IMG/VR virus record: IMGVR_UViG_3300042887_005053
Coordinates: 62,001 to 126,000 of that record
Length of the DNA: 64,000 nt
Strand: one strand, 5' to 3'
Shown: in pieces, positions 1 to 11,300 of the stretch
How the letters are laid out: each line of letters starts with the position of its first letter
Position numbering within the stretch: the first letter of the stretch is position 1
The notes under the pieces: model-generated
What the model was told of the DNA's origin: nothing
The model's input: the letters and a program-made list of their open reading frames with translations, nothing else
Database searches by the model: none
Position numbers and translations under genes: made by a program

Positions 1-254
1 TGCCAAATTTGATCTTTGATATTGAATGTTTGAAAAACTTTTATTAATCCTTCATTGTTTAATTGATCAAAATTTTGATTATCTATGAAGTTGTAGTCTA
101 TCCCGTCATTTTCAAGTTGTCGTTTTGGACGAGTTGTAAATTTAGGAGAATATCTTAACTCTTTTTTAATTAAACCTCTTAGCAAAAAGTCTTTGCCTGA
201 TCCAGACGGACCAACTAAAATTGTTTTTTCTTGTTTAGTATTAGGTGCTTTCAA
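1..254 (-). CDS. gmk: Guanylate kinase (5' part; runs off window edge)
   Basis: Manual translation from TTG at 254: LKAPNTKQEKTILVGPSGSGKDFLL...KFTTRPKRQLENDGIDYNF; P-loop plus TTRxxRxxExDGxDYxF guanylate kinase motif. Confidence 0.85.
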   Translation of the reverse strand, partial: MKAPNTKQEKTILVGPSGSGKDFLLRGLIKKELRYSPKFTTRPKRQLENDGIDYNFIDNQNFDQLNNEGLIKVFQTFNIKDQIW

Positions 255-285
255 CTTTTATTATAAATATAATTTTTATTAAAGT

Positions 286-3030
286 TTAATATTCGTTCTC
301 AAAGATAATTCTTTCACCAGTTGATTTCATCTCTGGTCCTAATTCGATTTCAACTCCGAACTTATGTGTTGAGAATACTGGTTCTTTAAGTGCCCATCCT
401 TTTAGTTTAGATTCTGGAAATATAAAATCCTTTAATTTCAAGTCTCCAAGAATTACCTGAGTCGCTATTTTAATATAAGGTATTTCATTTGCCTTCGAAA
501 TAAATGGAACTGTTCGAGAAGAACGAGGGTTCGCCTCTATTACCCATAGATTATTTTCCTTTACAACAAATTGTATATTAATAAGACCTTTAATTCCTAA
601 ACTAATACTAATCAGTTTAGACCATTCTTTAATTCTATTTAGTATTGTATTATCTAAGTTTTTGGTCGGAAGATAAGAGTATGAATCACCAGAATGAACT
701 CCTGCTCTGTCAACATGTTCCATTATTCCAATAATATGTATATCATCTCCATCACAAATTAAATCAACTTCAGCTTCGATAGCATTTTCTATAAACTGAT
801 CAATAATAATCGTATTATTAGGAAAAAATTCAATCAACTCTTCACATTGTGTGAGTAATTCTTCTTGTGTATTTATGATTTTCATTCTTTGTCCACCAAT
901 TACATAAGACGGTCTTATCAAGACCGGAAATTCAAAGTTAATATTATTGATTTCCTCAATTTTATTTATGACATGATACTTAGGATAAAGTATGTTGTGT
1001 TTATCTAATATCGAATAGAACCTATCTCTATCTTCTGCCATATCAATACCTTCAAAAGAAGTTCCAAGTATATTAACACCTAACTTATCTAATTCACCTG
1101 CTAGTTTCAGTGCAGTCTGTCCACCTAATTGAACTACAACACCGTATGGTTTTTCAAGTCTAACTATGTCTAAAACATGTTCAAGCGTAACTGGCTCAAA
1201 GTATAACTTGTCTGGTAGATTAAAGTCAGTAGATACTGTTTCTGGATTATTGTTAATCATAATTGTTTCCCAACCTGATTCTTTAGCTGAAAGAACTCCA
1301 TGTACACATGCATAATCAAATTCAATACCTTGACCAATTCTGTTTGGTCCAGATCCTAAGAATATTACTTTCTTTTTATTGTTTGTAGAGTGACTTTCAT
1401 TTTGTGAAGTTAATGAAGAAATAGGTCTCTCAAAGGTTGAATAGTAGTAAGGCGTTTGTGCTTTGAATTCAGCTGAACAAGTGTCAATACTTTTATAAAT
1501 TCTGTTGATTTTCCAACTTTGTCTCATAGAATAAATATCCACTTCTGATACACCAGTTATTTTAGAAATTTGTTCATCACTAAATCCGTTTTGTTTAGCA
1601 ACAAGTAGTGACTCTTTATTAATTTTTCTTTTTAATTCAATTTCAATTTTACAAATAAGCTCAATTTGTTCTAACAACCACATATCTATACCAGTAACCT
1701 TTTGTATTGATTCAAGTGAAATACCTTTTTCAATTGCTGATTTTACTTGATAAATTCTCTTTGGTGTTGGGTTAGATAATTCTTCTAAGTTTTTAAAGTC
1801 TATCGAAATTAGTCCACATTTTGATTCTTCAAGACCTTGGATGGCTTTTTGAAGAGCTTCGGTGAGTGATCTACCAATAGCCATTGACTCACCAACACTT
1901 CTCATTTGAAGACCTAATGTTGAATTGGATTTAGGAAATTTCTCAAAATTCCACTTTGGTACTTTTACAACTACATAGTCTAAACTTGGTTCAAACATTG
2001 CTGATTTACCAACAATTGGATTTGATATTTCATCTAAATTATAACCAATAGCTAATTTAGCAGATATTCTTGCGATTGTATAACCAGTTGCTTTTGAGGC
2101 AAGTGCTGATGATCTTGATACTCTTGGATTTACTTCAACTGCAATAATTTCTTCTGATTGAGGTTCAACTGCGAACTGAACATTACATCCACCTGCGAAT
2201 TTACCTAAATTTCTCATCATCATAATTGACATGTCTCTCATTCTTTGAAAGGTAGTATCAGAAAGAGTCATTGCCGGAGCTATTGTAATTGAGTCACCAG
2301 TGTGAACACCCATTGGATCAAAGTTCTCAATAGTGCAGACAATAGTAACATTATCATTATTATCTTTAAGTAGTTCAAGTTCATATTCTTTCCAACCAAG
2401 AACTGCTTTTTCTACTAATACCTGAGATGTTGGAGAAGCGTCTAATCCTTTTGTAACAACTGATTCAAATTCTGATTCAGTTTTAGCAAAACCACCACCA
2501 AATCCACCCAAGGTGAAACTTGGTCTAACTACAAGTGGAAATCCTAATTTCTTAGAAGCTATAGTGGCCTCTTCTAATGTGTTTACCGCAATCGATTCTG
2601 AGATTCCGATATTTAATCTTTTCATAAACTTTCTGAATTCATCTCTGTTCTCAGTGAGTTCAATTGTATTAAGATCAACTCCGATTATTTTACAATCGTA
2701 TTTCTCCCAGATTCCGAGTTCGTCACAATCTTTACATAGATTAAGTGCTGTTTGACCACCCATAGTTGGTAGAACAGAATCTATGTTATGTGTTTCTAGT
2801 ATTTTGATTATACTATCAGGAGTTAGAGGCCACATATAAACTTTATCAGCAGTTTGTGGATCTGTCATAATAGTTGCGGGATTGTCATTAATAAGAATGA
2901 CTTCGATGCCCTCTTCTTTAAGAGATTTTGAAGCTTGAGTTCCTGAGTAATCAAATTCACAAGCTTGGCCGATTACGATAGGTCCGGATCCGATAATTAA
3001 TACTGAGCTGATAGAGTTGTTTCTTGGCAT
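286..3030 (-). CDS. carB: Carbamoyl-phosphate synthase large subunit (lacks C-terminal MGS/allosteric domain)
   Basis: IGSGPIVIGQACEFDYSG, GVHTGDS, EVNPRVSRSSALASKATG, GSGPNRIGQGIEFDY; ends shortly after LGPEMKSTGE. Confidence 0.97.
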   Translation of the reverse strand: MPRNNSISSVLIIGSGPIVIGQACEFDYSGTQASKSLKEEGIEVILINDNPATIMTDPQTADKVYMWPLTPDSIIKILETHNIDSVLPTMGGQTALNLCKDCDELGIWEKYDCKIIGVDLNTIELTENRDEFRKFMKRLNIGISESIAVNTLEEATIASKKLGFPLVVRPSFTLGGFGGGFAKTESEFESVVTKGLDASPTSQVLVEKAVLGWKEYELELLKDNNDNVTIVCTIENFDPMGVHTGDSITIAPAMTLSDTTFQRMRDMSIMMMRNLGKFAGGCNVQFAVEPQSEEIIAVEVNPRVSRSSALASKATGYTIARISAKLAIGYNLDEISNPIVGKSAMFEPSLDYVVVKVPKWNFEKFPKSNSTLGLQMRSVGESMAIGRSLTEALQKAIQGLEESKCGLISIDFKNLEELSNPTPKRIYQVKSAIEKGISLESIQKVTGIDMWLLEQIELICKIEIELKRKINKESLLVAKQNGFSDEQISKITGVSEVDIYSMRQSWKINRIYKSIDTCSAEFKAQTPYYYSTFERPISSLTSQNESHSTNNKKKVIFLGSGPNRIGQGIEFDYACVHGVLSAKESGWETIMINNNPETVSTDFNLPDKLYFEPVTLEHVLDIVRLEKPYGVVVQLGGQTALKLAGELDKLGVNILGTSFEGIDMAEDRDRFYSILDKHNILYPKYHVINKIEEINNINFEFPVLIRPSYVIGGQRMKIINTQEELLTQCEELIEFFPNNTIIIDQFIENAIEAEVDLICDGDDIHIIGIMEHVDRAGVHSGDSYSYLPTKNLDNTILNRIKEWSKLISISLGIKGLINIQFVVKENNLWVIEANPRSSRTVPFISKANEIPYIKIATQVILGDLKLKDFIFPESKLKGWALKEPVFSTHKFGVEIELGPEMKSTGERIIFENEY

Positions 3031-4097
3031 AATTTAATTTCTTTAATAAATTTTTCAAATAGATATTTTGAATCGTTTGGACCTGGTCCTGCTTCTGGAT
3101 GATATTGAACTGAAAATACTGGTAGGTTTTTCATTTTAATACCCATAACAGTTTGATCATTTAAGTGTTCGTGTGTTATTTCTAAATTTGGATTATTTAG
3201 TATCTGTTCTCTAACGAGACAGAATCCATGATTTTGTGAGGTTATTTCACACTTACCGGTTTCTAAGTTCTTAACTGGATGATTACAACCACGATGTCCA
3301 TAGAACATCTTATAAGTATCTATGTTGTTGACTATACCAATTAATTGATGACCCATACAGATTCCGAAAACTGGCTTTTTAAGATTAATTATCTTTTTAA
3401 TAAGCTGAACCATCTCAGGCATTGCTTGTGGATCACCTGGACCATTAGATATAAAAAAACCATCAACTTTATAAGATTTGATGGTTTCGAAATCCGTTGT
3501 TGACGGAAAAATAACTAAGTTGGTATCGAACTGAAGTAAATTCTTTATAATAGATGATTTGATACCTAAATCAATAATACCAATTTTATTCTTACCAGTT
3601 CCAATTTCTTGTATTTTACTACTTGTTACTTTACTGTGAAGATTTTGACCAGTCATTTTAGGATGTTCAGATAATCTTTTTTTCAATTCAGATAATTCTA
3701 ATATCTCAGATGAAATAATACAGTTTTGAGCACCAAACTCTCTAACATGATTTACAAGTGCTCTAGTATCTATATCACTTATACCAACCGTATCTTCTAA
3801 ATATTTTTGTAGAGATGTCGCGTTGTTTCTAGAATAGTTTTGTGAGAAGTTTCGACAGATTACACCAGAAACTTGAACTTTGTCAGACTCAATATCATCT
3901 GAATTTGATCCATAATTCCCAAGATGTGAATTAGTGAGAATTACGATTTGGCCAAAATAAGATGGATCTGAAAAAATTTCTTGATAACCGGTCATTCCGG
4001 TATTGAAACAAATTTCACCAAGTGTGGTGCCGATTTTCCCGAAAGACTTTCCTTCAAAAACACTTCCGTCTTCAAGAAGTAGTATGCATTTAGGCAT
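2997..4097 (-). CDS. carA: Carbamoyl-phosphate synthase small subunit
   Basis: FNTGMTGYQE, SNGPGDP, FGICMGHQ (catalytic Cys), SVQYHPE. Confidence 0.97.
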   Translation of the reverse strand: MPKCILLLEDGSVFEGKSFGKIGTTLGEICFNTGMTGYQEIFSDPSYFGQIVILTNSHLGNYGSNSDDIESDKVQVSGVICRNFSQNYSRNNATSLQKYLEDTVGISDIDTRALVNHVREFGAQNCIISSEILELSELKKRLSEHPKMTGQNLHSKVTSSKIQEIGTGKNKIGIIDLGIKSSIIKNLLQFDTNLVIFPSTTDFETIKSYKVDGFFISNGPGDPQAMPEMVQLIKKIINLKKPVFGICMGHQLIGIVNNIDTYKMFYGHRGCNHPVKNLETGKCEITSQNHGFCLVREQILNNPNLEITHEHLNDQTVMGIKMKNLPVFSVQYHPEAGPGPNDSKYLFEKFIKEIKLCQETTLSAQY

Positions 4098-4159
4098 AGT
4101 TTATTGATTTCTTTCTTTTAGATTAAAATGATTGAAATGTTTAATTAAATTAAAAAAAA

Positions 4160-4723
4160 TTATTGTTTGTTGTGTGTTACCTTATTTAACTCATCTTTTG
4201 AGAAAGAGTCGAAGTTCATAAGTTTTTTTGGTTTACTTTCACCTTGACCTTTTGTAAAATCTTGTCTAGACATAACAGCACTTTTTAACTGTGCTAAGAT
4301 TTTATTCTTTCTTCTTTTGTTATTACCTTTTCTATTATCAACTGGCACTTTCTGGAACATTTTAGTACCACCAGCATTGTAAGGCATACTAACATCACCA
4401 GATCCAGTAGTACCACCACCTGCACTGTACCCAGGTTCTGTAGTTACACCGGTGTTATTAGAAGGTTGAGCGGCAACAACAGCTCCCATCCCACCAATTG
4501 CGGCGTTTGAGTAGGCTACACCACCTCCGCCAATACCGATACTAGCCGCACCTGCTGCACCTGCTGGACCACCAGTGCCACTCGTATCTTCAAATATTGA
4601 ATAAAGATATTCTTGTTCTTTTTCGGTTATTAGAATGTTGATATCAGAAGTATCTTGATTTTCTAAAATCATTTTAGTTCTTAGTTCAACTAGTTCTTCA
4701 ATATTTAGCTTTGTTAGATTCAT
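4160..4723 (-). CDS. Hypothetical Gly/Ala-rich protein
   Basis: 187-aa ORF with low-complexity G/A core and basic C-terminus; TAATATATA motif upstream. Confidence 0.6.
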   Translation of the reverse strand: MNLTKLNIEELVELRTKMILENQDTSDINILITEKEQEYLYSIFEDTSGTGGPAGAAGAASIGIGGGGVAYSNAAIGGMGAVVAAQPSNNTGVTTEPGYSAGGGTTGSGDVSMPYNAGGTKMFQKVPVDNRKGNNKRRKNKILAQLKSAVMSRQDFTKGQGESKPKKLMNFDSFSKDELNKVTHNKQ

Positions 4724-4775
4724 ATTTTATATATTATTTTTTGAAACTGAAATAATATCTTTTGATATATAACTT

Positions 4776-5399
4776 GTGGAGAGCTTAAGAAATCTTGAAG
4801 TCAACAGATTAATCAAAGAATTAGACTTTATTAAATCGGATTATAATTATCGGTCAGAACTAATTCAATCAATAGATAAAGAATTTATAAATTCAGTTGA
4901 AAATTTTCTAAATACACATCAAAGTCTTAAAGATATTTTTGATGAGAAAACTAAAAAAAATACTGAACATCAAAACATTGAACAAGTTCAAGAGTCAAAC
5001 TATTTTGATGAAGGCCAAGATGAGATGGTTGAGGTTATAGATGATACAATAGTTGAAATAGATGAAAATGCCAAACTTAAACAATTATATAGATTAATAG
5101 CAAAGTCTACACATCCAGATAGAATTAAAGATACTAATCTCAAAGAATTGTATGTTGAGGCAACAATGGCATATGATGAAAATAATATACTACCAATTTT
5201 AAGTATTTGTAATAAGCTACAAATTCCTTATGAAATATCAGAAGACGAAATAGCTTTAGTTAAAGAAGAAATTGAATTAACAAAGAAGAGAATAAAATTT
5301 CTAGAAAGTACATTCACTTGGGAGTGGTATAGAAACGAAGACATCAAGATTAAAGACCAGGTAATATTAAACTATATAAAACAACAGATATCTAAATAG
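4776..5399 (+). CDS. J-domain-containing (DnaJ-like) protein
   Basis: LKQLYRLIAKSTHPD: helix II plus HPD motif, followed by AYDE. Confidence 0.7.
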   Translation: MESLRNLEVNRLIKELDFIKSDYNYRSELIQSIDKEFINSVENFLNTHQSLKDIFDEKTKKNTEHQNIEQVQESNYFDEGQDEMVEVIDDTIVEIDENAKLKQLYRLIAKSTHPDRIKDTNLKELYVEATMAYDENNILPILSICNKLQIPYEISEDEIALVKEEIELTKKRIKFLESTFTWEWYRNEDIKIKDQVILNYIKQQISK

Positions 5400-5925
5400 T
5401 ATGTTTATAAAGTAAATATTGTAATTCAATATTATTTTTGACATAGATTGGATCTGGTTCAACATCTCTTGGCCAAAACTCAATACCACCTAAAAAGTTC
5501 AATCCTCTTACTAAACTGCAATTATTCGGTAGTCCCTTGACTACTCTTGCATCACTCATTCTAAAACTTCCAGCAACATCCCCTAAATTTTTAGCTAAAT
5601 CATGTTGTTCCCATTTCAAATCTTCTACCTTAATGTGTTTGTTATAAAATTCTTTATTAACAACTAAAACATAAAAGTCACCATACTCCATTTCACTTTT
5701 GATTATTAAATCGGCAAATCTTGAACCACTTAAATATCTTTTAAGTTTTTCATACATAATATCAGCTTGAACTAAGCTTTCAGAGGGATTTACAAATTGA
5801 CTATATTCAACATATAACCAATTATCTGATTGGTCTATAAAACTTGGATCCTTATCAAAAAAAGAAAATAAAAAATCTTCATAATCATTCATCAATGATT
5901 CATTGAATCTTTTCAAATATTTCAT
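5392..5925 (-). CDS. Hypothetical protein with MKYLKRFNES leader
   Basis: ORF track; recurring N-terminal motif. Confidence 0.6.
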   Translation of the reverse strand: MKYLKRFNESLMNDYEDFLFSFFDKDPSFIDQSDNWLYVEYSQFVNPSESLVQADIMYEKLKRYLSGSRFADLIIKSEMEYGDFYVLVVNKEFYNKHIKVEDLKWEQHDLAKNLGDVAGSFRMSDARVVKGLPNNCSLVRGLNFLGGIEFWPRDVEPDPIYVKNNIELQYLLYKHTI

Positions 5926-6554
5926 ATTATATTAATCGTTGGTTTCAATTCATTGATAAGCTTTTCAAACTCATCTTTTCTGAAATACTTTTTGAATTGA
6001 TCATTTTCTTTTTCTATATTAGATAGAGTCCACTCATTTGTATTAGAACTGTTATAGATATATTTATTGCCATCATGTTCAATCTCAATTACTTTTGATG
6101 ACAACTTATCATAGAAGTTTTTGATGTCGCTATTCACTTTGTATAATTTAGAGTCATCCCATTTATTAAGTGTATCATTCCAAGATTGGAAAATAATATA
6201 AATTGGATTTTCTAACTCATTAGCACCAATATTGTAAACTAAAATAAATCTACAAGGTTTGTTCAAAAAAGTTTCTAAATCTTCTGTGTTCTGAAGTGAT
6301 GATGTTTTAAGACCAATACTTGATAATGAATTTATAAATTCAGTATTAGTTGTTAGTAAATCTAAATTTAACTTATCCGCAAAATCTTGTTGTGGTAAAT
6401 GAAATGTATCGTAGATATCAACTTCTTCAGCACCAATTGATTTTAATATGTTTTCGTAGAACATACCAAGAGACTCATTTATATCAATATCAACTAAAGC
6501 GACATCAATTACTAATGATTCTAAATATTTTTGATACGACTTCAAATACTTCAT
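5922..6554 (-). CDS. Hypothetical protein with MKYLKSY..YLES leader
   Basis: ORF track; recurring N-terminal motif. Confidence 0.6.
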   Translation of the reverse strand: MKYLKSYQKYLESLVIDVALVDIDINESLGMFYENILKSIGAEEVDIYDTFHLPQQDFADKLNLDLLTTNTEFINSLSSIGLKTSSLQNTEDLETFLNKPCRFILVYNIGANELENPIYIIFQSWNDTLNKWDDSKLYKVNSDIKNFYDKLSSKVIEIEHDGNKYIYNSSNTNEWTLSNIEKENDQFKKYFRKDEFEKLINELKPTINII

Positions 6555-6619
6555 ATTGTGTATATATAAATAACTGATCTAATAATTTAATATATATATT
6601 AAAATTGTCTAAAAATTAA

Positions 6620-8035
6620 ATGAAGTTAGTTAAATCATATAACTTATTCTTAGAAGCTCAAAGTCAAGTACAAGCTCAAAACGATTTAGAAAGACCAAAA
6701 ACTATTTATAACCCTTCTAATTTAGTTTCTGAAATTTGTGTTAGTATGGTATTGCTTAATAATGAATTTCTTGATAATATCTTAGATAGAGGTATGAAGG
6801 CAAGATATTCGGAAAACTCTCAAGTATTTTTAACTGATTTGAAAAACTTATTAATATCTAAAAACCGTTTACACTTGGGTAAATTTGAAAATGGTAGATG
6901 TGTAAGTGATGAAGAGTATTCAAAAATAAATGGATTCTTTGGAGAAGTTGACTTTTCGATTGAAAAAGACTGGAATAAACTTAACGATTCTAGAATTACA
7001 GCAAGAAATATAATTGATAAGCTATTAGTTGATTCTAAATTAGAAGAAGATATGATTTCTAAGATCTATTGGATTGGTCCTAATAAGACTAAGGAAAATA
7101 GTGAAGATATTGTAATAGAAACTACCGACGGTAAACAATACAGTTTTTATTTGAACAAAAATTTGAGTATGACTAAATCATCATCATTCAACACTTTTGC
7201 TGATGATATTATAGGTCAAGATATAGAACAGTTATATAGTGAAGAATACATTTCTAAATGGGATAAGTTAATTCAAAACTGGGTTAGAGTAATTTATGAA
7301 AATGCTAAAAAAGGTATTCAAATTCACATTGAAAAATTTATTGATCCAAGTCGAATCAATACTATAGGATGGTTTGAGTTTTTTGATATCAAACACAGAG
7401 ATCCAAGATTCAAGCATTTAGGAGAATTTATTCCTGAACTAAATAAAAATATTTTAGAGTTTTCTGATTTATTGAATGAAATTTGGAAAAATAGTGAGAG
7501 TTGTTTCATGGATTTTGATAGAGTATACAAAGATTGGATGGAAAAGAAAATTTATATTCTTAATTCTAGAATATTGGAACATATTATAACAGACTCACTT
7601 ACTGTTAATAATATTGACGAAATAAAGAAATTAGAAGATGGATTTAAGTCAGCTGATGGTACTCTTAAAATGAAAATAATCAAAAATATAGTTGAAAAAT
7701 TAGGATGCACTGAGAAGTCAGTCTATTATTTAGGAAATAAAGGAAACTCATTTCATCAAGTACCGTCTCGTCAATTTTTTAGAGAGTTTTATGATGACTT
7801 AAAAGTTAAATTTGATTATCATGTTAAATTAATAGTTGAAAAAGAAGAGGAAAGTAATGACTTCAATTTCAAGCTTATTTTAGAACTAGATAATCAACCA
7901 CTAATAAATTGTAATATTCAAGTTAAGTTTTCTGGTGGTGAAGTATCTAACAAATTGTCAGCTAAATTTAAATTCGAGCCTGTTGATAATTTTAATGTAT
8001 TGATCTCAAATAAAATAAGTGGTGTAGATTCATAA
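6620..8035 (+). CDS. Hypothetical protein, probably virion-associated
   Basis: 471-aa ORF; leader MKLVKSYNLFLEA; TAATATATA at 6588. Confidence 0.6.
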   Translation: MKLVKSYNLFLEAQSQVQAQNDLERPKTIYNPSNLVSEICVSMVLLNNEFLDNILDRGMKARYSENSQVFLTDLKNLLISKNRLHLGKFENGRCVSDEEYSKINGFFGEVDFSIEKDWNKLNDSRITARNIIDKLLVDSKLEEDMISKIYWIGPNKTKENSEDIVIETTDGKQYSFYLNKNLSMTKSSSFNTFADDIIGQDIEQLYSEEYISKWDKLIQNWVRVIYENAKKGIQIHIEKFIDPSRINTIGWFEFFDIKHRDPRFKHLGEFIPELNKNILEFSDLLNEIWKNSESCFMDFDRVYKDWMEKKIYILNSRILEHIITDSLTVNNIDEIKKLEDGFKSADGTLKMKIIKNIVEKLGCTEKSVYYLGNKGNSFHQVPSRQFFREFYDDLKVKFDYHVKLIVEKEEESNDFNFKLILELDNQPLINCNIQVKFSGGEVSNKLSAKFKFEPVDNFNVLISNKISGVDS

Positions 8036-8037
8036 CT

Positions 8038-8358
8038 ATGAAATATTTGAAGGCTTTTAATGAAATGAATTATCAAGATTTGTTTGATTATGATCATATA
8101 ATTAACATATTGAAAAAGTCTCACGGATGGGGTTTTGGTGTAATTTCAAATACTGATGAGTTTGAAAATAACGAAGAGTATTTTTTGAATCCTCAAAATG
8201 ATAATGAATACGCTGAACAATTTCACATTTTTCTTACCGATAAAACAACTGGTCAACTAAGAGGTGAGTTCAACAATAAACATAGTCTAAGACTTGGTAA
8301 ATGGAAGACTGGTATTCAAGTTGCTGCTCCAGTGTCTATTTATAACAAGTTAACGTAA
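8038..8358 (+). CDS. Hypothetical protein with MKYLKAFNE leader
   Basis: ORF track; recurring N-terminal motif. Confidence 0.6.
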   Translation: MKYLKAFNEMNYQDLFDYDHIINILKKSHGWGFGVISNTDEFENNEEYFLNPQNDNEYAEQFHIFLTDKTTGQLRGEFNNKHSLRLGKWKTGIQVAAPVSIYNKLT

Positions 8359-8369
8359 AAGACTAGTCA

Positions 8370-8378
8370 TAATATATA
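8370..8378 (+). promoter_or_regulatory. Putative late promoter TAATATATA (representative of 19 exact copies noted)
   Basis: Same 9-mer lies a few to about 35 nt upstream of many gene starts on both strands. Confidence 0.75.
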
Positions 8379-8382
8379 ATTT

Positions 8383-11300
8383 ATGGCTTTAGTTAATTTT
8401 TCAATACCTAATATACCGAGTTTTAAAAGTACTACACCTAGTCCTAAACCAATTTTGTTTGTTCCAGATGTTGAAAAACTAATAAAATTTGCACAAGGTG
8501 ATCTTGGAATAGCAGATAGTATAAGAACTAGTATGATAGTTACTAATATTGCTAAGTGCACTGATCCATTTCAACTCGAAAGCTTTCTTAAAGCAGCTGG
8601 TGGCAAATTGAAAAATCCAATTGAATCATACTTTCAAGATGGTAGACTAACATTCGATCCTTCGGATTTATCAATTGATCCAAAGCCAGGTGATCTAGGT
8701 GGATTAAAATCATTGGAAAAAGCTTTGTTTCAATCAATTTTCGACACACAAAAACCTTATGTTGAGATAATTAAACTTGTTACTGAAAATTTAGTTAAGA
8801 TAGAAGACATTGTTGCAAGAGTATTGGCCGCTGGGGGTTCATCTATGAAACCAGCTGATAATCCTAAAGCTCTTGGTTATAAAGGAAATTCAGAAGTAGC
8901 TCAAAGTATGTTTAAACTACAAAGTCTAGCCAAACCATCAACTTCAAATCAAAATCAAAATCAAAATCAAGATCAGAATGTTGAAAGTAATACTCCTGAA
9001 GAAAAAACTGCTGAAGTTTTACCTCCTGGTTTTAGTTACGCAACTCAATCAATTTTATATTCAACAGGAGAGTTTGATCCTACAGTTGATTATACATACA
9101 TCTACAAAGATTTCAAAGATGATAGTATTGTTTTACCAGATGGCACTGCTTCAGCCACTGCCAATCAAGATGATGAAAAACCAAAGGTAGTTGTTTTTGG
9201 TATATTTGATAGTACTTGGAAGCCATTACAGAGTTCTTTCATAGATACTCCTATACAGACTGCAAACTCAAATGGTACGGTTCAAAAAAATGTAAATTGG
9301 TTAAAAAGATCGAATAAGTGGTTTAATAAATTTGACCAATATGTAGAAGGTACAGATTTCTCATATCAAACTGACGCAGACGGCAATATAATATACTATG
9401 GTTCAAATGAAGGTCCATCAGTTACTTTAGAAGGAGAAACTAAATATGTAAAAGAAGGATTTCCAAAATTAAGTGTTAAAAATGGTCTAATATCCAGTTA
9501 TCGTAATTATTATATTGATGAGACTAGAATTAAACTATCTAAGAGAGAAGATTTAAGTGTTCAGGAAAGACAGAACATAATTAGTGAAATTGGTAAGACA
9601 ATAGATAAAACTGACTCAACCGGAATACCTAACCTACAAAATGTGATTGAAGGCAATCTTAAAAATAGCTTTTGCTCTATCACAAATGAAAATAATACAC
9701 CTGGTTTACCTGCTGATTTCATAACAAATGCTAAGTTTCCTTTCAAACCAAAAAAGATCACTTATAACAGTAAGGAAGTTTGGATAGATCCAGAAGCACA
9801 ATATGATTTGAAAATAATTAAATGTGATTCGTCTATTGATATCAAGTATTTAGATATTGAAGGTGATAGTTCAAAGACTGTATCAACTCAAATATTAAGA
9901 TTCGTCAAAAAAAGTTTAGTTATCAGACTTTCAAATGATGAGAATTTTGATTACATATTAACAGGAACAACTGATACAATTCCTCTACAAGATAACACAA
10001 ATGAATTTGTTTTAGATAATCATAGTGATAGTTCTGCTTATTCAATAGAGATCAGACAGTCTAAGATACCAAATGAGTACTCAGATGGTATAAGTTGGGA
10101 TGAAATAATTGGAAACACTACGACCGGAAATCGGTTTACTCTTACTACAAGTAATGGAACCTCACGATTGAGTATATCATTCTTAGATAGTCAAGTACAA
10201 AATCCAACTTTTAACGACTCATATATTCTACCAAACGGAAAGAAGTTTTTTGTTGATGATAGTGGTGTTCTTTTATATACAGAAATATATAATGGTAGCC
10301 TAAGTGATTATTTACCAAGTAATTTAGAGAAAAATACAGTGATAATCAATATGTCGGACTTTTCACTTACTGAGACAAGAGGTATTATACCTCCTAATTT
10401 AATTAGAGTAAAGGATACTAATTATAAATTTGGTAAATTAATTAGTAATACACAAATAACTAATGAACAACTAGTCACGACTAACCCATATTCAAAAAAT
10501 GGTTTATACGGAACTCCAAACATAAAAAATCAAAACATAGAGCAGATCTATCGTTATATGATAACTGAAGACGACACCGAGACTTATTACATTGTAGAAG
10601 GAATTCTGTCATCTGATAATAAACAAAAATTAAATGCTCCAAATGGTGGATCATCGACAAATGCTTCTGGTAATTCACCAGATAGTGGTGATTATAGTTT
10701 ACCAGATGTAGTAGGCGCTTTTCCAATTTTCATTGAAATGCTTGTAGATATTTTTTCAAAGTTAATACCTTTAATCAATCAATTTATAAACACAATTAAA
10801 AATCCAACGCAAATTGTTTTTAATATTATAGTTGCAAAGATGGGAGATGCATTTGGCACTGAGGCTCCTAAGTTTGGTTTCTTCTCATCTGACTTCTTGA
10901 ATGATTTGAGAAAATTACGTAAAATTGAAGATGATGATGTAACAGAGAGAGCAAAAAAAATGAGAGAATTTGTAAATAATTCGAAGTTGTTCAATTATGT
11001 AAATATTGACGAGAATGCTAATCCAAGATTTATTCTTGATGGAATAGCAACTGTGAAACTATTTGGGGATGCTCCTGGTCTGAGCTCACTACCTGGTATC
11101 AAATTTGGTATTGAATCGAATCTAACTAGTTTAGCCAGTTCAGATCCAAAAGAACCTTTTAAGTTGGTGTTTCAAGGTCCAACTGTAAATACTTTAAAAT
11201 CTATACCAGAGTTATCAGGTTTAGTTGCTAATCTTGAGAATTTGAAATCAAGTGCTCTATCAAATGTAAATTTAGAACCAAAACTTGAGATACCTTCTGA

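Noticed and set aside
8945-8978. (AATCAA)n microsatellite as a phase-variation site
   Set aside because: The hexamer unit keeps frame and simply encodes an NQ linker
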